A stretch of DNA of 45,705 nt from the NCBI GenBank assembly GCA_029932195.1, contig JAOZQN010000002.1:1-45705 (forward strand), given 5' to 3'. The DNA is from Bacteroidales bacterium (GTDB taxonomy: Bacteria; Bacteroidota; Bacteroidia; Bacteroidales; JAOZQN01). The number at the start of each line of letters is the position of its first letter. Position 1 is the stretch's first letter. Position numbers and translations under genes: made by a program. A model generated the notes under the pieces. The model made no database searches and had not been told where the DNA came from. It saw nothing but the letters and a program-made list of their open reading frames with translations. This document shows positions 8,481 through 17,806 of this stretch, piece after piece.

Positions 8481-9734
8481 ATGAATTTTGCAACACAATA
8501 TTTTAATCGATTTAATGTTCTACTGGCTCAAATAAAAACGAAGCCAGACGTGAACTTAAATATTATTATTGTAATTCCTGTATTTAATGAAAATAATCTT
8601 GTAAAAAGTTTAAAATCAATATCTAATAATACTAATTTTAGCGAAAGAATTGAAGTAATAATTGTTATAAACTCTTCAGAAAATAGTTCGGAAGAGATAA
8701 AAAACAGAAATAAACAAACACTTATTGAAGTTGATAATTTCATAAAAGAAGATAAATCTGATATAAAATTTTATACGATTTATAAGCCTAATCTTCCACA
8801 AAAAACAGCTGGAGTTGGACTTGCTCGTAAGATAGGAATGGACGAAGCTATTCACCGATTTTCTCAAAATAATAATCCAAATGGTATCATCGTGAATTTT
8901 GATGCAGATACTTTATGCCAAGAAAACTACATTCAATCAATTGAAAATCAGTTCAAAAACAATCCAAAAACAAATGCTTGCTCAATTCATTACGAACATA
9001 TTATTGAGGGTGATGACTATGATAATAATATATATGAAGCAATAATTTTATACGAACTCTATTTGCATTATTATATTCAGGCATTGCGTTATATAAAATT
9101 TCCATATTCCTATCATACAATAGGTTCTGCCTTTGCAGTGCGTGCAAATGTGTATGCAAAACAAGGTGGAATGAACACACGTAGGGCTGGTGAAGATTTT
9201 TATTTCTTACATAAAATTATCCCTCTTGGAAATTTTCATGAAATAAAAAATACCACAATTTATCCGTCGCCACGCCCTTCCGACAGAGTGCCTTTTGGAA
9301 CTGGACGTGCTGTAAATAATATAATTGACCAAAAAGATACACAATATTTAACTTATAATTTTAACAGTTTTTTAGCTCTGAAAAAGTTTTTTGCTCAATT
9401 AAATATTCTATTTAAGGAAAACAAAATAAACAATTTAAAAATTGATAAAATATTATTAGATTTCTTACTCAAGAATAATTTTGAAAACGATTTAATAAAA
9501 ATAAATAAAAATAGTCCGAATATAACTATCTTTACAAAACGCTTTTACGACTGGTTTAATGCTTTTAGAATACTCAAATTTTTAAACTATTCACACGAAA
9601 ATTATTTTACAAAAACACCTATAAAAACAGAAGCAAAAAAGTTATATAATTTACTAAATAACAATAATTTAAGTAGCAATATTAATGCAAAAGGATTATT
9701 GAAATTGTATATAAAGCTACATCTTAAAAAATAA
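8481..9734 (+). CDS. family 2 glycosyltransferase
   Basis: N-terminal IIIVIPVFNE GT-A motif and a DAD (NFDADT) motif. The ORF track begins at a GTG (8457) inside the hairpin, so I prefer the ATG at 8481. Confidence 0.65.
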   Translation: MNFATQYFNRFNVLLAQIKTKPDVNLNIIIVIPVFNENNLVKSLKSISNNTNFSERIEVIIVINSSENSSEEIKNRNKQTLIEVDNFIKEDKSDIKFYTIYKPNLPQKTAGVGLARKIGMDEAIHRFSQNNNPNGIIVNFDADTLCQENYIQSIENQFKNNPKTNACSIHYEHIIEGDDYDNNIYEAIILYELYLHYYIQALRYIKFPYSYHTIGSAFAVRANVYAKQGGMNTRRAGEDFYFLHKIIPLGNFHEIKNTTIYPSPRPSDRVPFGTGRAVNNIIDQKDTQYLTYNFNSFLALKKFFAQLNILFKENKINNLKIDKILLDFLLKNNFENDLIKINKNSPNITIFTKRFYDWFNAFRILKFLNYSHENYFTKTPIKTEAKKLYNLLNNNNLSSNINAKGLLKLYIKLHLKK

Positions 9735-9740
9735 AATTTT

Positions 9741-10400
9741 ATGCTAAAACACATTATTTGGGACTGGAACGGAACACTTTTAGATGACGCTTGGCTTTGC
9801 GTTGATGTTATGAATAACATATTAAAAAAATATAATATGTCAGAAGTAACACTCGAAACTTACAGAGAATTATTTGATTTTCCTGTAAAAAACTATTATG
9901 CTAAAATAGGTTTTGATTTTGATAAGATTTCATTTGAAAAAGTTGGGACTGAATTTATAGAAAATTATAATAACAGAGTTTCGGAATGCAAATTGCAAAA
10001 AGATGCAAAACATGTTATAGATCATTTTCACTCACACGGAGTAGAGCAATCAATTTTATCGGCACGAGACAAAGTACAGTTAAACTTAGATCTAGATCAT
10101 TATGATATAAAAAGATATTTCACACATATTTCTGGTTTAGATAATCATTATGCTTCAGGAAAATTAGAAAATGCAAAACTATTATTAGATAAAATAGATG
10201 CAAAACCATCTGAAATATTGATGATTGGCGATACAACTCATGATTTTGAGATTGCCAAAAAACTTCGTTTGAACAGAATAATTTTAGATATAGGGCATCA
10301 ATCTACTAAAAAATTGAAAAAGCTTGATGCTATAATCGATAATAATTTATATGAAGTGGCTCACCCTAAAGTTTCAATTAATACAAAAGAGTTTTTTTAG
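9741..10400 (+). CDS. HAD superfamily hydrolase (phosphoglycolate-phosphatase-like)
   Basis: Motif I is IIWDWNGTLLDD (note D-x-N, not D-x-D). Motif II is ILSAR; motif IV is MIGDTTHD. Confidence 0.7.
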   Translation: MLKHIIWDWNGTLLDDAWLCVDVMNNILKKYNMSEVTLETYRELFDFPVKNYYAKIGFDFDKISFEKVGTEFIENYNNRVSECKLQKDAKHVIDHFHSHGVEQSILSARDKVQLNLDLDHYDIKRYFTHISGLDNHYASGKLENAKLLLDKIDAKPSEILMIGDTTHDFEIAKKLRLNRIILDIGHQSTKKLKKLDAIIDNNLYEVAHPKVSINTKEFF

Positions 10401-10405
10401 AAAAT

Positions 10406-12304
10406 ATGGAAAATAAATTCAAAATAACTCTATTTTTAGAAAAATTACACTATTTTTCTACACTTGCCTTGGTATTTTCGTTTCCATTTAGCATTTATAT
10501 TGTAAAAATTGTTATTTTTTTATGGCTTTTCACTTGGCTTTTACAACTAAAAAAATCACTGTTTACAAAACCTACTAATAAATTATATCTATTATCAATA
10601 GTTGTTTTTTTTATTTTACATTTAATTAGTTATTGGTATTCGGAAAATGGAGAAGAATCGCTAAAAAATACATTTAAGTTAATTTATTTTCTTATTTTCC
10701 CTTTTATAATCCTATTTAACAGTAGTTTATATAAGAAAAACTTTAAAAATATTCTATCATTTTTTGTTCTCGGAAATATTACTGTCTCTCTTATTTGCCT
10801 TATAAATGCTTTTTATAATTCATTTAATTTTAGTGAAGGAAAAATAATATTTCAAGCATCGGTAGAGAAACAATTACCTTTTTTTCAATCTATTAGCGAT
10901 ACTGGAAATTATTTTTTTTACGATAGCTTTTCTTTATTTCAGCATCCCAGTTATTTTGCAATGTTTGTCGTTTTTTCTATCCTTATTTTATTTTTTCTTA
11001 AAATAAATAATAATAATAATAACGAAGATAAAAACAAATTGGTTAAACTCCTTTCAAACAAATATATACTCCCCACACTTATAATTTTTCTAATATTAAT
11101 AGTTTTTTTACTATCGTCTAAAATAAATGTATTTGCTATTTTTATTGTTTCTATATTTTTTGTTTTAACATTAAAAATAAAATATAAATATATAATGTTT
11201 TTAAGTCTTATTACTTTTTCAACAATTTTTATAGTCTCTAATCCTCGTTTTTTTGGCTTTTTTAAAAATATTTCTGGAAATGCTGAAAATAAAGAGGTAA
11301 AAATACAATCGGCAACAAGTAGGCTGTTTATATGGGAGTCCGCAATGGAAATAGCAAGTAAAAATATACTTTTTGGAGTTGGTGCAGGTGATGTTAAAAG
11401 TTCTTTAATAGAAAATTTTGAGATAAAAAAATATGATAAACTTATTAAAAAGAAATATAATACTCATAACGAATTTATAGAAACTTTTGTAAAATTAGGA
11501 TTAATTGGTTTATTAATATTTATTTCTACTTTTGTCTTTGCTTTTAAAAATGCCATAAAACAGAAAAAACCGCTTTTAAGTTGGTTTTTAATAATAATTA
11601 TTCTTAATTTTTTGGTAGAAAGTATGCTTTATAGAATTGCAGGAGTCTATTTTTTCGCTTTTTTTATTAATCTTCTCATTTTTACAGATTATAAAACAAT
11701 AAAATTAAATAAATATAAAATTAATTTAAAAAGTCTATTATCATTTAAAAATATTATAAAAACAATTACTGTTTTATTAATTATCTCATCAATTATTAGT
11801 ATTAAAATTTTAACGAAAAAAGAAGAAATTACTACTGTTTACAAAGAATACCCATTTTTGGATAAACCAATTGTAAGAATATTTACAAATAAAATGTATA
11901 AATTGGTAGATAAAAATAATCTTTGGGAACAAAAAATGTATTGGAATTTACCTGAAACAGATAAAAATACAGCAATTCCTTTTAAAAATAAAATAAATGA
12001 ACATGGAAACTACAAATTATATTCCTTAATAAAATTTTATGATAATGATAGCACAGTAAACCCTAGAATAACAATAAAAGTCAATTATACAGATAGTTCT
12101 TTTGAATATAAAAGCAATAATTTTATAATTAAAAATGGAAAGTGGAATTATTATGAAGTTCAAATACAAACAGATACATCTAAAATATTAAAAAATATTT
12201 CGGGTTGGATATTAGACCACAGTAAGGTTGATGGTGAAAAACATATAGAGGTCAAATATATTGGACTAATAAAAAAACATGATAAATATTTAATGAATGA
12301 ATAA
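10406..12304 (+). CDS. O-antigen ligase/polymerase (Wzy_C) family membrane protein with a C-terminal soluble extension
   Basis: 632 aa. Over 10 TM helices, with a large loop containing RLFIWESAMEI....GVGAGD and the YNTHNEF motif typical of Wzy_C. A C-terminal ~170-aa non-membrane domain follows the last TM. (AAT)n run encodes N6 at ~11000..11020. Confidence 0.6.
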   Translation: MENKFKITLFLEKLHYFSTLALVFSFPFSIYIVKIVIFLWLFTWLLQLKKSLFTKPTNKLYLLSIVVFFILHLISYWYSENGEESLKNTFKLIYFLIFPFIILFNSSLYKKNFKNILSFFVLGNITVSLICLINAFYNSFNFSEGKIIFQASVEKQLPFFQSISDTGNYFFYDSFSLFQHPSYFAMFVVFSILILFFLKINNNNNNEDKNKLVKLLSNKYILPTLIIFLILIVFLLSSKINVFAIFIVSIFFVLTLKIKYKYIMFLSLITFSTIFIVSNPRFFGFFKNISGNAENKEVKIQSATSRLFIWESAMEIASKNILFGVGAGDVKSSLIENFEIKKYDKLIKKKYNTHNEFIETFVKLGLIGLLIFISTFVFAFKNAIKQKKPLLSWFLIIIILNFLVESMLYRIAGVYFFAFFINLLIFTDYKTIKLNKYKINLKSLLSFKNIIKTITVLLIISSIISIKILTKKEEITTVYKEYPFLDKPIVRIFTNKMYKLVDKNNLWEQKMYWNLPETDKNTAIPFKNKINEHGNYKLYSLIKFYDNDSTVNPRITIKVNYTDSSFEYKSNNFIIKNGKWNYYEVQIQTDTSKILKNISGWILDHSKVDGEKHIEVKYIGLIKKHDKYLMNE

Positions 12305-13970
12305 ATCAAAAAAGATAATAGGAGGCTCTATTGCTAACTGTGTGCATGTTAGTGGTGTTTACGAATTTTTGAGAATTGCCGAACAACAACAAAATACAAT
12401 TAATTTTTTGGGAGCAGCAGTAGATGTAAATAAATTTGTAACAGAAATCATAAAATTTAAACCAGACATTGTTTGCATAAGCTATCGTCTGACAGCAAGT
12501 GGATTAGATGCTGTTTTAACTCATTTTTTCAATAAATTAAAAACTGAAAAATTAATTGAAAATAAAATATTTTATTTTGGAGGAACACCTGAATGTATTA
12601 AAGTTGCTAAAAAATTTAACTATTTTACACATTTTTTTAAAGGAGAAGAGAATTTTGAAGTGATAAATAATTCCTTAAACTTCTCAAATAGATTAGAAGA
12701 GTCATTAAATGAAAATAAAGTTTTTAGAGCTTCATTATTTGATATTCAGATAAATAAAAAAAGCATACAACAAAATAATGAATATATTTTACCAATGATT
12801 AGGCATCATTTTGGCTTACCAACCTTAGAAAAAACAATTCAAGGTATAGAAAAAATAGCAAAAGCAGAAGTTGTAGATGTTATTTCGCTGGCAACCGACC
12901 AAAATGCTCAGGAGTTCTTTTTTGAACCTCAAAAAATGGATGAAAATTTATCTGGTGCAGGAGGAGTTCCTGTAAGAACAGAAGACGACTTAATAAAAAT
13001 ATATCAAGCAAGTCAAATGGGTAATTATCCAAGACTACGAATTTACTCAGGAACACAAAATTTGTTAAAATGGGCAGAAATGAGCCTCCGAACCATAAAT
13101 AATGCCTGGGGAGCAATTCCATTATTTTGGTATAGTGAGCTTGATGGACGTTCCAAACGAAATTTAAAAACAGCAATATATGAAAACATGCAGACCATAA
13201 AATGGTATGCCAAACAAAATATCCCCGTAGAAATAAATGACTCCCATCAATGGAGCTTGCGAGAAACAGCAGACGTAATGGCAGTTTTTGACGCTTATCT
13301 TGTTGCTTATAATGCTAAAAAATTAGGAGTAAAAACATATATTTCGCAGCTAATGCTAAATACTCCACGTCTTACTTCACCAAATATGGATATTGCTAAA
13401 ATGCTTGCTAAGAGTGAATTAATAGGAGAATTGGAAGACGAAAATTTTACAGTATTAAAACAAATTAGAGCTGGTTTAACTCATTTTTCTACAGATATAG
13501 ATGTTGCAAAAGGGCAACTTGCCGCTTCAACTGTTTTGGCTATTGCTCTTAAACCTCAAATAATTCATGTTGTAAGTTACTCAGAGGCAAGCCATGCAGC
13601 GACTCCTGAAAATGTAATTGAAAGCTGTAAAATAGTAAAAGGAGTTATTAGAAATATGTGGAAAGATCTACCAGACCTTTCTCAAGACAAAAAAATTATT
13701 AAGCGAAAAAATTATTTAATAAAAGAAGCTAAAATATTAAAAGAAATATTTTTAAATATTTTCCAAAATAAAACAACTGACGTTTTGTCATCACCAGAAT
13801 GTTTATCAAAATTTGTTAAATTAGGTTTTCTTGATGCTCCACAACTGCGAGGAAACCCTGTTGCACTTGGCAAAGTAAAAACAAGACCAAATAACGGAGG
13901 CTACGATTTAGTAAACGACAATGGAAAAGTAATCTCTATTTCTGAATATTCTAAAAAATTGATACAATAA
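12297..13970 (+). CDS. putative cobalamin-dependent mutase: B12-binding domain fused to a GlmE-like (methylaspartate mutase E-like) TIM barrel
   Basis: Residues 1-130 align by eye with GlmS-type B12-binding domains (IIGGSIANCVHVSG..DIVCIS..FYFGG), with C-x-H-x-x-G in place of D-x-H-x-x-G. The remainder aligns in blocks with GlmE (MIRHHFG, DVISLATDQNA, LRIYSGTQNLLKWAEM, GVKTYISQLMLNT). There is no CxxxCxxC motif. Confidence 0.5.
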   Translation: MNKSKKIIGGSIANCVHVSGVYEFLRIAEQQQNTINFLGAAVDVNKFVTEIIKFKPDIVCISYRLTASGLDAVLTHFFNKLKTEKLIENKIFYFGGTPECIKVAKKFNYFTHFFKGEENFEVINNSLNFSNRLEESLNENKVFRASLFDIQINKKSIQQNNEYILPMIRHHFGLPTLEKTIQGIEKIAKAEVVDVISLATDQNAQEFFFEPQKMDENLSGAGGVPVRTEDDLIKIYQASQMGNYPRLRIYSGTQNLLKWAEMSLRTINNAWGAIPLFWYSELDGRSKRNLKTAIYENMQTIKWYAKQNIPVEINDSHQWSLRETADVMAVFDAYLVAYNAKKLGVKTYISQLMLNTPRLTSPNMDIAKMLAKSELIGELEDENFTVLKQIRAGLTHFSTDIDVAKGQLAASTVLAIALKPQIIHVVSYSEASHAATPENVIESCKIVKGVIRNMWKDLPDLSQDKKIIKRKNYLIKEAKILKEIFLNIFQNKTTDVLSSPECLSKFVKLGFLDAPQLRGNPVALGKVKTRPNNGGYDLVNDNGKVISISEYSKKLIQ

Positions 13971-13971
13971 T

Positions 13972-15009
13972 ATGTCTAAAAAAATAGCAATAATTGGAGC
14001 TGGAAATAGTGGCTTGACAATGGCAGCATATCTATCTAAACACAAACACGATGTAAGCATTTGGAACAGAAGCAGTAATAACATTTCAGAATTAATAAAA
14101 AACAAAACTATTAAAATTTCTGGGATAATTAATGGTGAATTTGCTATATCGGAAGTTGGTTTAAGTTTAGAAAAAACAGTTAAAAATGCTAAGTGGATTT
14201 TTATCACAACACCTGCCAATTCTCATAAAGAAATTTTGATAAAACTGTCAAAATATGTTGAACCACAATCAATTGTAATTTTATCGCCTGGACGAACCTT
14301 CGGAATTATTGAGGCAGAAAAAATATTTTCAAAAAATAATAAGAATAATATTATAGCAGAATCACAAACAATTGTTTTTACTTGTAGAAAAATTACTGAA
14401 AGAAATGTAAATTTGATAAAAATAAAAAATAATGTTCTGCTTTCTACTAAAAAAATTGAAGATACTCATCAAATTATCAATGACTTACCAGACTGTTTGA
14501 AAAACTCTTTTAAAATAGCAAATTCATTTTTAGAGACTTCACTTGGTAATGTGGGAATGATTTTGCATGTTGCACCATTATTATTGAATATTGGTTGGGT
14601 AGAAAGCGATAACACAAAATTCAAATATTATTATGAAGGTATAACTCCTTCTGTAGCAAGACTATTACAAAAATTAGATGACGAAAGATTAGAAGTAGCA
14701 AAAAAATTAAATTTTAATATAATTTCGTTAATAGATTGGTTTGCTGAATCTTATAATGTAAAAGCAAATAATATTTATGATTGTATAAAAAAAACAGATG
14801 CTTACAACGACATTGATGCACCTAAAACACTTCAACACAGGTATCTATACGAAGATGTTTCTACGGGATTAGTCCCTTTGGCATATATTGGCAAACAACT
14901 TGGATTAGACTTAAAAATAACAAATTTAATTATAGATTTGGCATCAGAAGTATTAAATTATAATTTTCGACAAAACGGTAGAAAAATTAACTTAACAGAT
15001 TTATTTTGA
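13972..15009 (+). CDS. NAD(P)-dependent octopine/nopaline (opine) dehydrogenase family protein
   Basis: N-terminal Rossmann motif IAIIGAGNSGLTMAAYL. The C-terminal helical domain pattern NVGMILHVAPLLLNIGWVE...YYYEGITPSVARLLQKLDDERL is typical of the Octopine_DH family. Confidence 0.75.
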   Translation: MSKKIAIIGAGNSGLTMAAYLSKHKHDVSIWNRSSNNISELIKNKTIKISGIINGEFAISEVGLSLEKTVKNAKWIFITTPANSHKEILIKLSKYVEPQSIVILSPGRTFGIIEAEKIFSKNNKNNIIAESQTIVFTCRKITERNVNLIKIKNNVLLSTKKIEDTHQIINDLPDCLKNSFKIANSFLETSLGNVGMILHVAPLLLNIGWVESDNTKFKYYYEGITPSVARLLQKLDDERLEVAKKLNFNIISLIDWFAESYNVKANNIYDCIKKTDAYNDIDAPKTLQHRYLYEDVSTGLVPLAYIGKQLGLDLKITNLIIDLASEVLNYNFRQNGRKINLTDLF

Positions 15010-16205
15010 AAAACAAAAACATATTAAATTCAGATAGTTACGTTCCTGTAATTCTTGGCAGTGGCATAAATTCACTTGGAATAGTGAGAAGTTTTGCCGA
15101 GCAAAAAATAAAAAGTGTAGTATTAGACCACGTAAAATCTCATGCCTTCTATTCAAAATATTCCTACGGAGAACTTGTTGCGAATCCAATAACAGAAACA
15201 GATAATTTTATAAAAGATTTAATTTTATTTGGGAAAAAATTAAAAAATAAAGGATTTATTATTGCAACAAATGATGAGTGGTTGCTACCTATAAGTAGGA
15301 ATCAGAAACAATTAGAAGCATATTATTATTTCCCAATGTCAGAAAATAAAGTTATAGAAATATGTTCGGATAAAGAAAAACTTTATAGCTTTGCAGAAGA
15401 AAATAAAATACCATATCCTAAAACTTTTTTCTTGAAAAACATTCATGGAATAGAAAAAATAGAAGCAGAAATTATTTATCCTTGCATATTAAAACCTACA
15501 ATAACAGTGGGTTTTACCGAGAAGTTAAAAACAAGAGGAAGAGTATTTCGTTTGGAAAATAAAAAAGAATTAATAAAAATAATTGATAAAATAAAAAAAG
15601 CAGATTTATCAAATATTCCTTACGTATTACAAGAATATATTTATGGAGGAATAGAATCTCTTTATACAATCACCACATATTCAAATAAATACGGTAACAT
15701 TATCGCATATTCAACAGGGCATAAAATAAGGCAAAATCCTCCCGATGCAGGAACAATTGTTTCGGGAAAAGTAACACCACAACCAGAATTATACGAATAT
15801 GCAAAAAAATTAATAAAAAATGTAGGATTTTATGGTATTGCAAATACCGAATTTAAAAAAGATAGCAAAAACGGAGAATTTAAACTGATAGAAATAAATC
15901 CAAGACCAGGAAAATGGAACTACTCTGTTACTGCTTCTGGAATAAATATGCCAATTATTGCATTAAAAGAAGCAGAGGGTGAAAAATATAATAAAATTCA
16001 AACATCTGATAACGAGTTAATTTGGCTTGTTTTTATAGAAGATTTTTTACTCTCTCTATTTTTATTTAAGAAAAAAGGTTATCCTGAATTTAATATTTCT
16101 TTTAGTCAATGGAGAAAATCGATAAAAGGCAAAAAAGTATTTCCTATTTTTTCAATAAAAGATATATTGCCTTATTTTCATTATTTAATAACATTGATAC
16201 GATAA
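15006..16205 (+). CDS. ATP-grasp carboxylate-amine ligase (COG3919-like)
   Basis: 399 aa. The TTG start overlaps the upstream TGA (TTGA). The N-terminal PVILGSGINSLGIVRSF and the central CILKP / LQEYI / EFKLIEINPRPG motifs are characteristic of ATP-grasp enzymes. Confidence 0.7.
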   Translation: MKNKNILNSDSYVPVILGSGINSLGIVRSFAEQKIKSVVLDHVKSHAFYSKYSYGELVANPITETDNFIKDLILFGKKLKNKGFIIATNDEWLLPISRNQKQLEAYYYFPMSENKVIEICSDKEKLYSFAEENKIPYPKTFFLKNIHGIEKIEAEIIYPCILKPTITVGFTEKLKTRGRVFRLENKKELIKIIDKIKKADLSNIPYVLQEYIYGGIESLYTITTYSNKYGNIIAYSTGHKIRQNPPDAGTIVSGKVTPQPELYEYAKKLIKNVGFYGIANTEFKKDSKNGEFKLIEINPRPGKWNYSVTASGINMPIIALKEAEGEKYNKIQTSDNELIWLVFIEDFLLSLFLFKKKGYPEFNISFSQWRKSIKGKKVFPIFSIKDILPYFHYLITLIR

Positions 16206-16217
16206 AAAAACTTCTTA

Positions 16218-17660
16218 ATGTCATATAAAAACAAAACAGTTTTTGCATTAAAATGGGTTTCTGGAATGCAGGCTTATATTTTTTTAAGCAGGTTTATTAT
16301 AAATCTTATTCTTGCAAAATTATTGCTACCAGAAGATTTTGGACTTGTGGCAATTGTGGTTATTATTACCGAAGTGCTTACAGCCGTTGCCGATTTAGGA
16401 TTTAATGCTGCAATCATTCAAAAAAAAGAAATTTCAAAAGGCGACATCAACACCGCTTTTTTGTTAAATACTGTGCTTTCGCTGTTTTTAACAATAGCAG
16501 TATTCTTTTCAGCTAGCTTAATTTCAGGATTTTATAACGACATTAGGTTAGAACCATTAATTCAATTATTGTCAATAATATTATTTGTTAGAGCCATAAC
16601 TTCGGTGCAAATAGCAATAGCAGACAGAAATTTAAACTTCAAAAAAGTAGTTTTAATCACAGGAATTGCAATAACGGTGAGTTCTATTGTCAAAGTTGTG
16701 TTAGCATTTTTAGATTTTGAAGCTAAAAGTATTGTGATTGGAGAAATAGTAAACCATTCAATAATTTCTATATTATTCTGGATAACAACAACTTGGAAAC
16801 CATCTTTAAAATTTGTAAATAAAGACAGTTTTAAAAAATTATTTTCATTTGGCTCAAAAATAATGCTAACAAACACTCTTAGTTTGATAAGTCAAAAAAT
16901 TGATATACTGTTAATTGGAAAACTCGTATCAGCATCTCTTGTAGGCATCTATTCTTTTTCATTTATGCTTTCTACTGTTTTAGCGGCTTTTATTAATGCA
17001 ATTGTCCGGCGAGTAATTTTCCCAAGTTTTTCAAGAATACAAGAAAATGATAAAAATATCCAAACCTTATATTTAGATGCTGTTAAATTTATTTCCATAA
17101 TTAGTGTGCCTGCTTCGGTAGGATTATTTTTTATTGCTCCCGAATTTGTGAAATTATTTCTCAAAACAGAATGGAACGAGGCAGTTATTATTATTCAAAT
17201 TTTAAGTATTTTTGGAATATCAAACTCATTGGGAGGTGTGCTTTGGGGACAAGTATTAAAAGCTAAAGGACGACCAGCTATGGTGCTGATAATGACAATA
17301 ATACGATTGATTTCTTTAACTATTTTTATCTTTATTGGCTCAAATTGGGGCATAATTGGAATTGCCACTTCTGTTGCAATTTATGGTTGGATTTTCAGAT
17401 TTGTTTACCAACACATAATAAATAAAATAATAAAAATATCAATGTTAGACTATCTTAAAGCTCTAAAAAACACTACATTAGCCTCAATAACAATGGCAAC
17501 AGTTTTGTTTTTTATTAGACTTTTGAATAATTCTATTTTTATTAATGATATTTTTCTTTTTGTAATAATTATTGTTGCAGGAATTTTAAGTTATGGTTTT
17601 ATACATTGGACTTTTTTTAAATCTGACATAAAAAAAATAATTTCTACAATAAAAAAATAG
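16218..17660 (+). CDS. wzx: Wzx-type oligosaccharide flippase (polysaccharide biosynthesis protein, MOP superfamily)
   Basis: 480 aa with ~12-14 TM helices; N-terminal pattern W......Q...F....IL.R.L.P.DFG is typical of Wzx. The last base of the TAG stop codon is the first base of MITE copy B. Confidence 0.8.
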   Translation: MSYKNKTVFALKWVSGMQAYIFLSRFIINLILAKLLLPEDFGLVAIVVIITEVLTAVADLGFNAAIIQKKEISKGDINTAFLLNTVLSLFLTIAVFFSASLISGFYNDIRLEPLIQLLSIILFVRAITSVQIAIADRNLNFKKVVLITGIAITVSSIVKVVLAFLDFEAKSIVIGEIVNHSIISILFWITTTWKPSLKFVNKDSFKKLFSFGSKIMLTNTLSLISQKIDILLIGKLVSASLVGIYSFSFMLSTVLAAFINAIVRRVIFPSFSRIQENDKNIQTLYLDAVKFISIISVPASVGLFFIAPEFVKLFLKTEWNEAVIIIQILSIFGISNSLGGVLWGQVLKAKGRPAMVLIMTIIRLISLTIFIFIGSNWGIIGIATSVAIYGWIFRFVYQHIINKIIKISMLDYLKALKNTTLASITMATVLFFIRLLNNSIFINDIFLFVIIIVAGILSYGFIHWTFFKSDIKKIISTIKK

Positions 17661-17782
17661 GCGTTTTTCACGGGTGCCAATTTCAAGGCTTTTTTGTAAT
17701 TTTAGAATTGAAGTTTACCCTTGTAAATGAGCATTTTAAAATTTCAAAAGTAACGCCGAAATTGGCACTCGTGAAAAACGCC
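17660..17782 (-). mobile_element. 123-bp MITE-like element, copy B (near-perfect 24-bp terminal inverted repeats)
   Basis: TIRs ggcgtttttcacgggtgccaattt / aaattggcactcgtgaaaaacgcc match at 23/24 positions. Perfect 8-bp direct repeat AAAAAATA at 17652..17659 and 17783..17790. Inverted relative to copy A. Confidence 0.8.
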
Positions 17783-17806
17783 AAAAAATAAAATGATTTA
17801 TTTATA

